This document shows positions 1-25,400 of a DNA stretch of 64,000 nt, one piece after another. Each line of letters begins with the position of its first letter. Within the stretch, counting starts at the first letter, position 1. Source of the stretch: Sphaerodactylus townsendi (taxonomy: Eukaryota); assembly GCF_021028975.2 (NCBI RefSeq), contig NC_059438.1, forward strand, positions 15,376,001-15,440,000, in the 5' to 3' direction. The position numbers and the translations under genes are program-made. The notes under the pieces were generated by a model. The model was not told where the DNA came from. It was given only the letters and a program-made list of their open reading frames with translations, and ran no database searches.

Positions 1-735
1 AGAGTTCTGAGAGAACTGTGACTAGCCCAAGGTCACCCAGCAGGAATGTGAAAACGCCATCCATCAGATACCAAGGATACCAGTGTGCATTGAAAGTGGA
101 TTGAAGGTGCATTATTCTGCCTGTGCGGAAGGGGCCAGAGGGTCTCCGAGGACCAAATCCAACACCACTTCCCGCCGCTTCTCATGCAGATTTCTACAGC
201 CTCGGCTTCATTTCTTCTGGAAATACACCCAGTTTTAAATGGGTTGTTACTGTCCACTTGGACCTCAGCCCAGAGGGAGAGCGGGGCTCTCCTTGTTAAG
301 CTGAGGTGTATTTAACAAAGACTCCTTTCTCTGCTGGCCTTTCCCATTTCATTGGAGCTCTGCAGTTTTGGAGGCCTGCGTTCATTTTCATGTCCACAAA
401 GGATCTTACTAACATCGTAATGGTTTTGGGTCTTGAAAGATGTCCATTTCTTTCAAAGAGGGCAGAAAATATCCTCGTCCCTTTGTCCCCAAGAAACTTG
501 GCCCCGTTTTTCCTAGCGTCCCAAATAAGAATGCACCTGGAATAGCAAGTGCTAATTATTTGTTTGCCGCCTCCAAGAGTACAAATAAAAATTCCTCCTG
601 AATTTTATCAGCACTTTTCTAGGAGTGATTTGTGCATATACTCATTGCATGCCCTGCAGGCAACAAACTGGTTTGACAGATTCCCTCTTCACAAGGAATT
701 AAAGGATGTGGAGTTCCACCGGGAAACCTGTAAGA

Positions 736-1173
736 CAGTGATGGTGAACCTATGGCACGGGTACCAGAGGTGGCACTCGGAGCCCTCTCTATGGGCATGC
801 GCACACAGAGTTCGTCATGTGGGGGGCGGAAAATCACACACCCACACACACCCACATCTGGGCTGGCCTGGGCCACTGAGCACAACGGGCCTGGTGCTTG
901 TACTCCGGGTGACTGCTGCCCGAGGGGGGGGGGCGCGCAGAGGAGGCAGAGATGCTAGAGAGGCACAGAGCCGTGCGCGCAGGACTTGCTGGAGGCTAGA
1001 GCAGGCTGGCCCCTGCTCGAGCGGGTGGGACGGAGGAAGAGGGAGCCAACCGGTTTTTTCTAAACTAAAACCTCAGCATTCAGGTTAAATTGCCGAGTTG
1101 GCACTTTGAGATAAATAAGTGGGGTTTGGGTTGCAATTTGGGCACTCGGTCTCAAAAAGGTTCGCCATCACTG
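736..1173. mobile_element. Non-autonomous hAT DNA transposon (CAGTGATGG.GAACCT termini, OposCharlie-like)
   Basis: TIRs cagtgatggtgaacct / aggttcgccatcactg; perfect 8-bp TSD ctgtaaga (728-735, 1174-1181). Confidence 0.85.
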
Positions 1174-1483
1174 CTGTAAGATAACCCTCAAATAGGTTGC
1201 CAATTTCCAGGTAGCACCTGGAGTCCTGCTATTACAATTGCTCTCCTGACAACCTCAAGATCAGCTCCCCTGGCTGTTTCTATGGGTGGACTGTATGAAA
1301 TTATACCCTGGAAGTGTGATGCATAGCCGACAACTTTCTCCCCTGCTGTTGACTTGAGCAATTAATTTTGTCGCTAGAAAGCACAGTGGTATATATCGCC
1401 AGAGATTCATATTTATGAATATATAATTGTAACACACTTTACCTGGATGTTGTGACCAATGTTTTACAGGTGAGCCTGTGTTT

Positions 1484-1760
1484 AGAATGGATTTATACCC
1501 CACCTTTCTGTCATATAAGGAGACTCAAAGGGGCTTACAATCTCCCTTCCCCCCCCCCAACATCCTGTGAGGTAGGTGGGGCTTAGAGAGCTCTGAAGAG
1601 CTGTGACTCACCCAAGGTCACCCAGCTGCTGTGTGTTGGAGTGCACAAGCTAATCTAGTTCCCCAGATAAGCCTCCACAGCTCAAGTTGCAGAGTGGGGA
1701 ATCAAACCCAGTTCCTCCAGATTAGAGTACACCTGTTCTTAACCACTATGCCACTGCTGC
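1484..1760 (-). mobile_element. tRNA-derived squamate SINE (Squam3-like)
   Basis: Same sequence family as the copies at 15153, 23304, 24655, 47542 and 51797; tRNA-like head at the right end. Confidence 0.8.
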
Positions 1761-2312
1761 TTAGTGCAAAAAAATTTGTGCTGATCCTTTCAGAGCCATT
1801 TTTCTCCAGAGAAATGAATCTCTTGTCTGAAGACTAGCAGGTGTTCCAGGAAATCTCCAGCCTCTCCCTGGAGGTTGGCTACCCTTCAAAAAGGTGTTTC
1901 CAACTGAGAGCTGGCAGGCCCTTTCTGGCACTATGTTGGCGACCCCGGTGCTAGAGTCCTCAGAGGGGGTGCAGCCTGCACCTCTCAATGCGTAGAGTCA
2001 AAACAGGGTGGAGGGTGTAGTCTAGGCCGAGGGCCCTTATCTTTGTACTCGGTTTTTACCCAGCTCTGTTGCAGTTTTCCAGTGGAAAGGCCCTAATAGA
2101 GATAACGCTGGGTAGCAACAATGCGTTACACATAAAGCTGATTTAGAGCAGAAGGGTAAGAGCAAAGTATCCCTCATTTGGTAAGGAAGAGAGAAAACAC
2201 ACAGCGCCTTGTTTATATCCTTTTAATGAATGCGCAGGAAGCGGGAAATACAGAAAGGGGATTTTTTTGGGGGGGTTTGTTCTGTAAAAACCCTGTCTAC
2301 ATTGGGTTAGAC

Positions 2313-2420
2313 CAGGGGTCTGCAACCTGTGGCTCTCCAGATGTTCATGGACTACAATTCCCATCAGCTCCTGCCAGCATGGCCATGAACATCTGGAGAG
2401 CCACAGGTTGCAGACCCTTG
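2313..2420. mobile_element. Palindromic hAT MITE
   Basis: caggggtctgcaacc...ggttgcagacccttg, TSD ggttagac. Confidence 0.85.
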
Positions 2421-2428
2421 GGTTAGAC

Positions 2429-2694
2429 CAGTGGTTCTCAACCTGTGGGTCGCGACCCCTTTGGAGGTTGAATGTACCTTTCACAGGGGTCGCCTAAGAC
2501 ACTCTGCATCAGTGGCCCTTTCCCCACTCACTGTTTGCTGCGCGCTACTCTCGCAGAGTAGCGCGGGGTCCAACTGCACTCCCCACTACAGGGGCGGCTA
2601 CAACGCAGCCGCCCCGACTCTGCTGCTCTTGCATCCCCTCAGCGCGGGTCATTCTGGCGCTGCTCCATGGCAGCACAGTGGCCCAGCCTCCTAC

Positions 2695-2732
<38 letters not shown>

Positions 2733-2919
2733 GGAGGCCAGAACAGGACCCTCAGCTAAAAAGGTCCCTGGACCAGGCAAAGCAGGATGATCATTTTAAA
2801 AGTGGGGAAATGGCCAGAGTTCTCCATCTGTAAAATGGATAAATGTTAGGGTTGGGGGTCACCACCACATGAGGAACTGTATTAAAGGGGTGCAGCATTA
2901 GGGAGGTTGAGAACCACTG
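2429..2919. mobile_element. SPIN/URR1-like hAT MITE carrying a 305-bp internal extra segment
   Basis: TIRs cagtggttctcaacct / aggttgagaaccactg, TSD ggttagac; ends match the 186-bp copies at 13797 and 49295. Confidence 0.85.
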
Positions 2920-4024
2920 GGTTAGACTGAGATATGAGATTGAGCAGCTACAGGAAACGGGACAGGAAATCACCTGCAGAGCTGCTGAAATAGTCAACAG
3001 GCTCATTTCAAAAGAGGTGGGGGCTATTTACTGCTAATAAAAGGCTGAACCCCCACTGCATGACAGAATCCTTGGAACCAGAGAAGCTATTTTATTTCTT
3101 CTTGCAGATACCTGCTTGCTCATTTCCTACAGAGGCCTTGGCAGCCAAGAAAATGCAGGTGAGACATTTTACCGGAAGGGCGAAACCTTTTTAACAATAA
3201 GCACTTTCAGATCTGATTATTTTCATGTTATTTGTAATCTATGTTCTTCATACCCGATGGTAGCCTTTGTCTATGCATTTTCCCCTCACAACGTGCTGCA
3301 GCACATCTAGGTTGATTTGTTGATACCAAACATTGCGGGGGGGGGGGGGGGGGGGGGGGGAGGAGAGAAACTCCCAGGAATAATAAAATTTAAGAGGAGG
3401 GGGCGAAGCAATGAGGGGAGGGACCAAAAAAAGGGGCAGAGCAAATGCCAAAATTGAGGTTTGGCAACCGCACAAGGGGTATGGAAAGTAACATGTTTCA
3501 GTACGACCTGTGGGGAAAATAACATGTTTCAGTATGACCAGCCTGCGAGGGGGAAATCCACGGAGGAAACATTTCCAGCCTGAAAACATTACAAAGGGCA
3601 TATGTGGAATAGGCCAGCATTTACCTCTTGCTGGCATTGGAAAGATGGAATGTTGTAAAGCCTTAAACCCAGGTGGTAGTGCCTGTTCTGGGTAGGGCAA
3701 GTTGGATCCACAATTTCACCTACATAAACACCTGTAGACCCAGATGCCTTGCTTCCATTGCTCTGTTACCTGCTTCTCACCTTGGTGTAGTCAAGACCCT
3801 CACAAAGTCAAATTTCATTGTGTCCAAAGGTTGCAAGGACATATTGCATGCTCCTAAATTGGCTATCAGGGCATTAAGTTGGCTATTGGGAGAATTGTAC
3901 ATGTTTTTTTTCTCATTGTCATGATTATATGATGTCAGATGATCTGAAAATGGGAAGCAAAGAAAAGTGGAGGTGAAGAAATCGCATGTATTTTTAAAAA
4001 GAAAATAGATGTCAAGTGATAAAA

Positions 4025-6941
4025 ACTCTTTGTCTTGAAACATTTATTTTTATATATATTTCACAAAATTTTCACAAAAGAGTATCGAAACTCAAAGAAG
4101 GAATTAGACTTAAGTCAAATACAGAGATGAAATGTACAAGATCAATTGAGCAGGCAAAACTTAAAAAGGTCTTGAAAGTTTTGCTCGTTTTACTTCAGAT
4201 TGAAAAAAAAACGAACAGTTCAACTGTTCGGTTTAAATAAAGATTTGCAAGATATACAGTGTTTTTTTTAATTAATACAATGCTGGTCAGTTTGAGGCAG
4301 TGTAAATACCTCAATTTATTCCTTCATGCTTCTTCTCTCCAACCCCCCCTCCCCCCCACTTCTCATTAGAAAGATACTGTTTACCAAAATGAAACTTGAG
4401 CACAATCTCGGAAAAGCTATTTTTCCATTAAAATTTATGAAAACCATAAATTGAGGCAAACCTAAGATTCCCAATGGAATCAAGATTATCTTCCTGCTAC
4501 CACCACATTAAAAGAATCAACATGCTTAGTGGAACGCCAGTCTCTGCATCCAGACAGAACATCTGTTTCCAACAAAGAGGGAGATTCTCCAAAAAAAAAA
4601 AAAAAACGGAAAAGGAAAAAGTCAGCGTGGTTAAAGCGTAATATGGATCCACACATTACTTATCTGTAGCAGCTTTTTGCAAAGAGCGGCCAATGTAATT
4701 TAGAGTTTGTTCCCAAAAGGCAATGAAGGTAGGACTAGGGATTTATATCACCCTCCAAAATGAACTCCCAATATTTCATGTAATCTAACATGACATGCTC
4801 GTATTAAAGGCTGGGAACCAAAATCTGGTCGTTTAAAATAAAATTTAAAAATGATCTCAATAAAATATGGATCGAAAACTTAACATGTCATCAATTCCAC
4901 ATCCCTGTTTTTTCCCCTTCGAGCTGAATGTTTTCTTCGAGCGTAACGTTACTTATGGTGAAAATATGTAATCCCCTCCCCCACCCTCCCCGTTTCCATT
5001 TTTTAAAATAACAAGGCTTTTTACCAGGTTGAGTAATTTTTTTTTTATATTACGTATAAGTTTTCAGTCATGACAGATTTGGTCGAGTCGCATTATTTTT
5101 ATTTAAAAAGCTTGTGCACTGATCAGTGCTTATTAAAGGTCGGGTTGGTCTGCAGTAGATAAAAGAAACATCTAAAAGCTATTATCCCCCGATAAAAGGA
5201 TCATCGTCGTCGTCATCATTCTCCAAACTCAGCCTTCCATACTCAACACGCACGCGTCAGCACACAAACTTTCCTCTTCAAAGAAAAAGTTTACAGTAAA
5301 TGTCACTTTACATTCTAATAATTAAAGTGCTCCAAATCTTTTTTTTTCCTTTTCTTTTTCTGCAAAACAAACAAACAAACGACGCCAGTGGCTACAGCGC
5401 TACACATTCCCGTTTGCATTCATAGCAATGTATTTTTTTTTAGTGTCTTGTTAACGGCATGGCCCAACTAGGAAGCATCCACCCGTTTATGGATTCTCGG
5501 CGGGAGGGCGGTGTTTGCACGGAGGAGGGAGGGTGACGATTCAGCCAAAACAAATGGGATCTGAGAAAAATGTCAGCTCTTCAAGACAGCAAGACAAATT
5601 TATTTCCATTATTGAAGATGCGTTCTAATCCTTAAAGAGTAGATTTAAAATACTGCAAAGGGGAATGAGAGAATACTTGAGTTAACAAAAAAAAAACCCT
5701 ATTTTTTTAGACATTTTTCCCCCTAAAGGACTTTTTTTCTTTTTTAAAAATGAAGAAAAACGGGGGGGGGGGGGGAGAAAGAAGAAAGGGCAAAAATTTG
5801 AGAAGGCACAAAAAATCAAAAGAAAGGCAAAAGATTCAGCAGAGTTCTTGAAATGCAGATATTAACTCTTTGTTTTTTTGAATGCAACAAAACAGGACAA
5901 AGCTGTGGGGTCTCCTCCATCTCTTCCCCCCACCCCCCAAAAAAGTAGCTTTGTTTCCTTTGAGAAAAGAGGGCATTTTCCTTTGCATGGTATCCAGAAT
6001 ATCTCATTGCCGATGAGGATGCCACTTCAGACACAAGGTGAAAGTTCGTTCTTCTTCCCAACGAGGGACCGAGATCAGGGCTGACATCAGGTGTGAGAAA
6101 TACCCCTTTTACAAAAACAAATCCTCCCGCCCTGCCCCTCCCCTCCCACCCTCCGGAGAAGGGACTTGTGCGGACCCATGAATGTGCTGCTGCTTCAACG
6201 CTTGAGGAGGAGAAGAAGACGAAAACCCCGAGCTACTACGTTGGAGGCCAAGCTGACAAATTCAAATAATTTTCTTCTCTTCGAATGAAGCCTGGGAGGG
6301 AGGCCGAAAAAGGAACCGTTTCCTACCATTTAAACAGTAATGTTATGTAAAAAGTATTTCAACAAATGCCACTATTACAAATGTCAATTTTCCTTTCCTA
6401 CACGGTCGTCTATAGATACACAATAAAATGGTAAATATATGCAAAAATAATTTAGAAATTATCATGCGTGAATTTTGCTCTCTCCTCGGAAGGCTGGGCT
6501 TCACTCAAAACGCAGGCTTTTCCTTTCTCGCTTTTTGATCGTTTCTCCCGTTCTGAGCGGATGACGAACCCTCCCTGAATGCATCGAGTCCTATGCCCTC
6601 TAGAAGGTCATTATAAAAGCTGTTGGGAGATATTTATTTTACATTCAAGCTTTTATATCCTAAACAACCCTGTTGTAGCATACGACTTATCGGCAGCGGC
6701 CTTTTTCTCCTCTTCCCCTCCCTCTTTTTTGTTGTTGCTGTTATCAGTCTTCATGATCTGTTCCGTGGCAAGCTGGAAAAACTTAATGCACACTGCTAAT
6801 CAACGTTGTTGGGTCCCCCCTCCCCCAGCCCCCAACAGTCTTGGGAGAGTCCAGATGAGACCCGGGAGTCACTATCCAACTCATCCTTGTAGCTCGAGGC
6901 CATTGCACACAGAAGAACAGTCAACCGTCCAAATAGGAAAA
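4025..6941 (-). other. TENT4B: TENT4B 3'UTR (about 2.9 kb) with putative polyadenylation signal
   Basis: AT-rich stretch with no recognised interspersed repeats downstream of the stop codon; AATAAA on the minus strand at about 4043-4048 (plus strand tttatt). The end position is inferred. Confidence 0.6.
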
Positions 6942-19624
<12,683 letters not shown>

Positions 19625-21374
19625 TTATGCAACAGTAGTTCCAAAACCTAAGGCTCTACACATGCAGACGTTAACAGTCTGAGCTTACATTTGATTTCTA
19701 TAGAAGATTACTCAGGATTACACTTGAACTGAACATGCACAGTGTGGCCAACCTGGCAGCGTCATCATTGTATGCCAAGTTACCCCAGACTAAACCCTTG
19801 ACTTGACCTGTAGTAACTACACAGGATTGCACTGAGAAGGACGCATAAGGCTTTATAACACATCCCACGGAACATGAGCCACCACAGAAAAGGCCCTGAT
19901 TTTGCTTTTGAAAGAACAATCAGGGCAGAAACATCTGCAAACAACTATGCATGGCGCTTATATTTTGAGTTTCTTCGACAGCGGGAATATCTCATTCCAT
20001 GCTGTCGCTTTGAAGACTGGGGAATGGCAACTTGGGGAAGGAAATTAGTAAAACGGACACCTTCTTCACAGGTCTCCTGCATCATGTCTAGCTTGACTGG
20101 TTGTGATTTCAACCAACTGGGTCCAAAAATAGAGGGAAAAGCTGCTCCCAGAAAAGTTGTCAGCACCAGACACTTCACTAATCAGAAGGTACTCTGGCCA
20201 ATAGTGAACATGCATTTCCTAGCAAACCCAACTGGTTTTCATTTATGGCGTCAAATTCTGGTGAGCATATAACCGGCGAGACAGTTCTGGGCAGGATTCT
20301 CCATGGAAGAAGGAAAGGAAGAGGAATGCATCTCTGATCGCAGCAATTCCTCGTTTCATGACAGAGTGCTGTGGCACCTGAATGCCACCAGACCCTGGAA
20401 AAATAAGAAATTAAAGCACACGCTGCCTCCAAGGCATGGCCCAGTTCAAAATGGGGACCGACCACTACGTGGCTCGGTCTCTTTTAAATTCCCAAGTGTC
20501 TGTGATGCTCTGAGTGCTGCCCGCTTTGAATAAACTTTGAGTAAGGCAGAGAACCCAAAACCAACATTGAAAATACTAAATCAAAGTGACACTCTATTTT
20601 AGAACCAACACTGGAGCATCTAAGGTCACCCCACTGTAGGTAACAAAACCCTCTTGTTTCAATACAGTCAGAAGTCTACCCCCAGCAGCTAAGAAACACA
20701 AACACTGTGCAAAGGCTTTTATATGAAAAAAATGCATAAACAATTTATTAAAAGCGGAGAATGCATACCATGTGTTCTGATACCACAATAAAAGGGCTCA
20801 GTGGCCTACAAGGCATCCTTTTCCACACAAACCGGCCCTATTCTGAGATCGTTACCCAGCCCTTGGAGGGTAGGTTGGCAGCTACTGAAGGGGCAATGCC
20901 TTTTCTGTAATGGTTCCCCAATTCACTTGGCATCTACTTCATCATTGCTGGGCACAGGTGGGCACCACTTCAATCCTCTCAGCTTTTAGCTATATGCAAC
21001 TGCAGGTCTGCTGAGATTTTTTTAGTGGATCTATTATATGTCCGCTGGTGTTGATTTTAGCCTATTTGTCCTTCCGTTCTCGTATCATTTTTGCAAGTTA
21101 GTTATATAGGTAAGAGAGTGGGGGTAGAAAAGCAGGGCGGAATTACTTTTCCAAAGTAAGTTAAATAATTGATTTGGTGCCTAGAGGCTATTAAGTGTGG
21201 GGATGAGAGTTAACAAGATGAAGCTGAGACAGAACTGATGGCAACCAGAGGCCCTTGCAGATTGCAGGAGAGAACGCACAAGAGAATGCACGGATGGGGA
21301 GATCGGCTATGGGGGCTAGGGCCATCCTCTCTTTTTCCTATATGAATCCACCCTCCTATATGAATCACCCCACC

Positions 21375-21505
21375 TTCGGAACTCTCTCAGCTCCACCTAC
21401 CTCACAAGGTGCCTGTTGTGGGGAGAGGAGGGGAAAGGAGCTTGTAAGCCACCTTGAGTCTCCTTACAGGAGAGAAAGGTGGGGTATAAATCCAAAAATC
21501 TTCTC
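21375..21505 (+). mobile_element. SINE 3' fragment (Squam3-like)
   Basis: ctctctcagc...ggagcttgtaagccaccttgagtctccttacaggagagaaaggtggggtataaatcc. Confidence 0.75.
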
Positions 21506-21995
21506 TCTGCTTGCGTTCGGTATTTACACAGCGTTTTCCAAGCCCAGACGTGCTCCTAAGCTTCTATTAACATTCTCAAGGTAAACCTAGGAAGATAGCC
21601 AGGCTCATTTTAATCCAAACTGGCAATAGTAGCAGGTGGTGCTGAAACCAACTGAACTGTTGTCTGGTGGACAGGGAATGCAGCCCTGCAGCCCACTTCT
21701 GTTCCGGCTGCACGGTTCAAATGGCCACAACCCACGCCCAAGCAAAGCTGCAAGCCAGGCAATATGAGAGAGAGGGGGAGCACACGTGTGCCCTGCAATC
21801 TGCTGTACCCTGTGCTGCCTTTGCACATGTATCTCAGTCAAATTTTCCCAACGGGGAAGAATTCGCACCTCTACCGTACTGAAAGCCTGAAAACTTGCAA
21901 AGTGTTTTCATACTTCCTTCTGTAACAGAGTAGGCAGTGAACTATTTGTTATTCCATCACAAACACCTTGAGATTACCAACTGATACATGCAACT

Positions 21996-22129
21996 TAAAA
22001 AGATAAAGGTAGCCCTCTGTGCAAGCACTGGGCCACTACTGACCCACGGGGTGATGTCACATCACAATGTTTACAAAGCAGACTACATTTATGGGGTGGT
22101 TTGCCACTGCCTTCTTCAATCATCTACAC
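21996..22129 (-). mobile_element. Sauria-type SINE 3' part, cut off at the MITE
   Basis: Reverse-complement match to the 3' half of the SINE at 44302-44562; stops abruptly at 22129. Confidence 0.75.
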
Positions 22130-22277
22130 CAGGGGTAGGGAACCTGCGGCTCTCCAGATGTTCAGGAACTACAATTCCCATCAGCCTCTGTCAGCATGGC
22201 CAATTGGCCATGCTGGTAGGGGCTGATGGGAATTGTAGTTCCTGAACATCTGGAGAGCCGCAGGTTCCCTACCCCTG
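22130..22277. mobile_element. Young 148-bp palindromic hAT MITE with non-matching flanks
   Basis: Two 74-bp arms with 3 mismatches; left 8-mer atctacac, right 8-mer atctagtc. Confidence 0.9.
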
Positions 22278-22402
22278 ATCTAGTCCAAGACCTCCACCTG
22301 CCAGCCAGATACCTTTGAGAGCTCCAAGAAAGGCATCAGAGGGTGGGGTGGGTGTTCAGTTTTAGCAAACCTACACACGCCGTGAAAGGGAACAATTCCT
22401 AC

Positions 22403-25400
22403 TTTTTAATAAGTGGCTTCCAGGCCGGACTTTGTGTACAGATGTCAACAGCAGTACTGTTGGGGAAGGCCGTTTTTTCAAGTATCTGGAAAAAGAAGAG
22501 AGCTGTTAGGCTTTATCATGAAATCGACTATTCTCCGAGATGGGCACGTCCTAAAATTCTGCCTCACCAAAAACACAGAGAGGGCTGGATCCAGCCAACA
22601 TTTTCATTCAGCCTCTTGCCATTTCACTTCTAACTACAGCCATTGCCCTATTATCACGTTTCATGTTCCCCAACATAGCCATCAGGGAGGGGAGTGTCAA
22701 AGGAGCCCCTCCTTTCCATGTTCGCCAGGGGAAAAACTGGTTAGATTCAACCCAGTTAGCAAGGACGGGATATTCTGGTGGATTCTACCTTCTTTGGAAC
22801 CAGGTGGTTCATGAGAGCCGTGTGAACCTCAGCGGAAAGGCAAAGAGGGGACATTAGCTTCCCGCCTTCTTCGTAGGAATTTTCCAAGAAGGCATCACTT
22901 TCGTCACTACTGGATAGTTCTTCCCACTCATCGTCGGAGGGCTCTGAGAATACACAGAAAAAAAATACCAGATTTGGGAAATGGGAATCAGATCTGAAAT
23001 ACGAAAATCCAGAGGAAAATGGCAACACATTTTTACACACAGTTGATGCTTTCCTATTTCTCTCAAATTTAGGCAAAATGTAATGAAGTTGCTATATCAA
23101 ATGCATTTGACACCTCACAGAGTTTCCACTCTGTTTCTTCATTATTGTTCTAGTCCTGAAGTAGAAGAAAACCTTCTCAACAGGTTAGTTTAGATGCTCT
23201 CAGGAAGTCTCCAGGTGGTGGCAGCCGGTTACCAGAGTGCTTTCCAAGGAACCCTTGATCAAAGGAAAGTTGTCCAGCAAGGAAATGGACAGTTCCACCC
23301 CTTCCAGCATGGTGTAGTGGTTAAGAGCAGGTGCACTCTAATCTGGAGAACCAGGTTTGATTCCCCACTCTGTGACTTGAGGCTTATCTGGTGAACCAGA
23401 TTAGCTTGTGCACTCTCACATGCCAGTTGGTGACCTTGGGGTAGTCACAGTTCTTTCGGAGCTCTCTCAGCTGCACCTGCCTCACAGGGTGTTTGTTGTG
23501 TGGGATTGAGAAGGGAGAGAAAGGAGATTGTAAGCCCCTTTGAGTCTCCTTACAAGAGAGAAAGGGGGGTATAAATCCAAACTCCTCCACTTCTTCTTCT
23601 TTCATAATAGACTGCAATCCTGACACATCAACACATAGATCAACAAAAGACGTGCATTTATTGTCAAATGAAAAGTCACTTAAATAAGGCTGCTAAAGAC
23701 GTACCCTCACTACAGCACATATTCACGATGATTTCCAGAGCCGTCTGTTGAGCCAGGAGTAAAGAAGTTGCCTGTTTCAGCTCCTGCTTACTGCGCTGCA
23801 AAGCAAAGAGGAAAATCTGGGTGTTAAAGAGAATCTGGGCTGTGCATTTGGAAATGGGACTCAGGGGCAAACCTGCCAGTTCCCCTACAGCCGGAGGGTC
23901 AACCTCACAGAAATAGGAAGCCAGGTGGCCTGAAATCAAGAAGATATCCTGTTCATGTTTGTTTCCACGGTGAAAGCCCACATCCTCTCCTCACTTTACC
24001 CCAGGATAATTTTGCAGCATCACCTAGAACCTAGTCAACTAGGCCGCACTCACTGGGAGTAGATCCGAAATATCATTGTTTCCTTTAGTGTTTTTTGGAG
24101 GCGTTTCTTCCATCGCTTCATCCTCATTTACTTCCGAGCTGCCCCTGTCATCCACGCTGCCCTCCACTCCCAGCTCCGGTGAAGTTTTCAATCGTTCGGT
24201 TTCCTCCTCCTTCAACCGAATCACTGCCTCGCCGGCGTCCGGTTCTAAGCATTCTGACAGGGTCTTCAGGATAGCGTTAACGGTGCCTGCTTGGCTCCCG
24301 GAGGGTACTGTGCTCTTTATGTTCCAAATTATGCCTTGAGAAGGGGAAGAAAATGAGACTAGGCTAAAGACCCACAGTTGCCATGATGCTCAAACTGTGC
24401 AACGAAACCGAAGCTACAACACTGCTTTGGATCCAAAGAAGAAGAGTTTTGGATTTATACCCCACCTTTCTCTCCTGTAAGGAGACTCAAGGTGGCTTAT
24501 GAGTTCCTTTCCCTTCCCCTCCCCACAACAGACACCTTGTGAGGTGGGTGGGGCTGAGAGAGTCCTGAGAGTACTGTGACTAGCCCAAGGTCACCCAGCA
24601 GTTCATTCCACGAAATGAGCCGATATATGGGGGCTCATCTGTTTGCATTGATCAAAGAAGAAGAGGAGGAGTTTGGATTTATATCCCACCTTTCTCTCTC
24701 GTAAAGAGACTCCTTCCGGGATACTCCTTTCCCTTCCTCTCCTCACAACAGACACCTTGTGAGGTAGGTGGGGCTGAGAGAGTTCTGAGAGGACCAGCAC
24801 TAGCCTTGGAATGTCACCCAACAGGAGCGTAGGAGTGTGGAAGCTTATCTGAGTTCACCAGATGCAGCCTCTACCATTGGGTGGTGGAGGGTGGGGAATC
24901 AAACCCGGTTCTCCAGATTAGAATCCACCTGCTCTTAACCACTACACCACACTGGCTCGGATGGATCAGACCAACTGTCCATTTGGTCCAGGATCCTGCC
25001 TCACACTGTGGTCAACCAGCTCATCAATAGACGGAGGGCTTCATACTGCCACATACTGCCAACCCCCCCCTCCCCCCCCCCCCAAGTTGCAGATCAAGTT
25101 ATTATTTTTTTTCTTTTGGAACAGGAGAGGAAGGATTTGTTTTTAAAACTTCAAAAGTAAAAAACAAATCAACAAAGCATTCCATGACAGGTAGGAAATA
25201 CAGCATTCAGAATGTTTGGCTCGCACTTCAAAGAGTCATGTTACACATAGAACAGCATTGCTAGGATGCCACAATAATCTGCAGGAACTCTGACCAATAG
25301 TAATTCGTCGACAGAGGTTATTGTCCAATTAAAAAAATTCAACCTGCCACGAGCGTCCGTAGGAGAATGTGCTCCACAGTTTTGCCTGATGATACCATAG

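Noticed and set aside
3400-3700. Direct repeat aacatgtttcagta x2 with nearby GGAA motifs, a possible enhancer towards ADCY7
   Set aside because: Short motifs only; no ADCY7 exon was recognised in the window and conservation cannot be assessed.
20380-20410. TRPWKNKK peptide recalling the TPWK motif of TENT4B exon 1
   Set aside because: Wrong strand (plus) and no CpG-island context.
21225-21310. Minus-strand peptide SVHSLVRSLLQSARASGCHQ faintly resembling HEATR3 [20 protein letters not shown]
   Set aside because: Only 6/20 identities, far below the real exons; in-frame stop just upstream; no GT donor; and it lies on the TENT4B side of the MITE junction.
23304-23375. tRNA-like sequences with A/B boxes (several copies)
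   Set aside because: They are heads of tRNA-derived SINEs, each continuing into the same SINE body.
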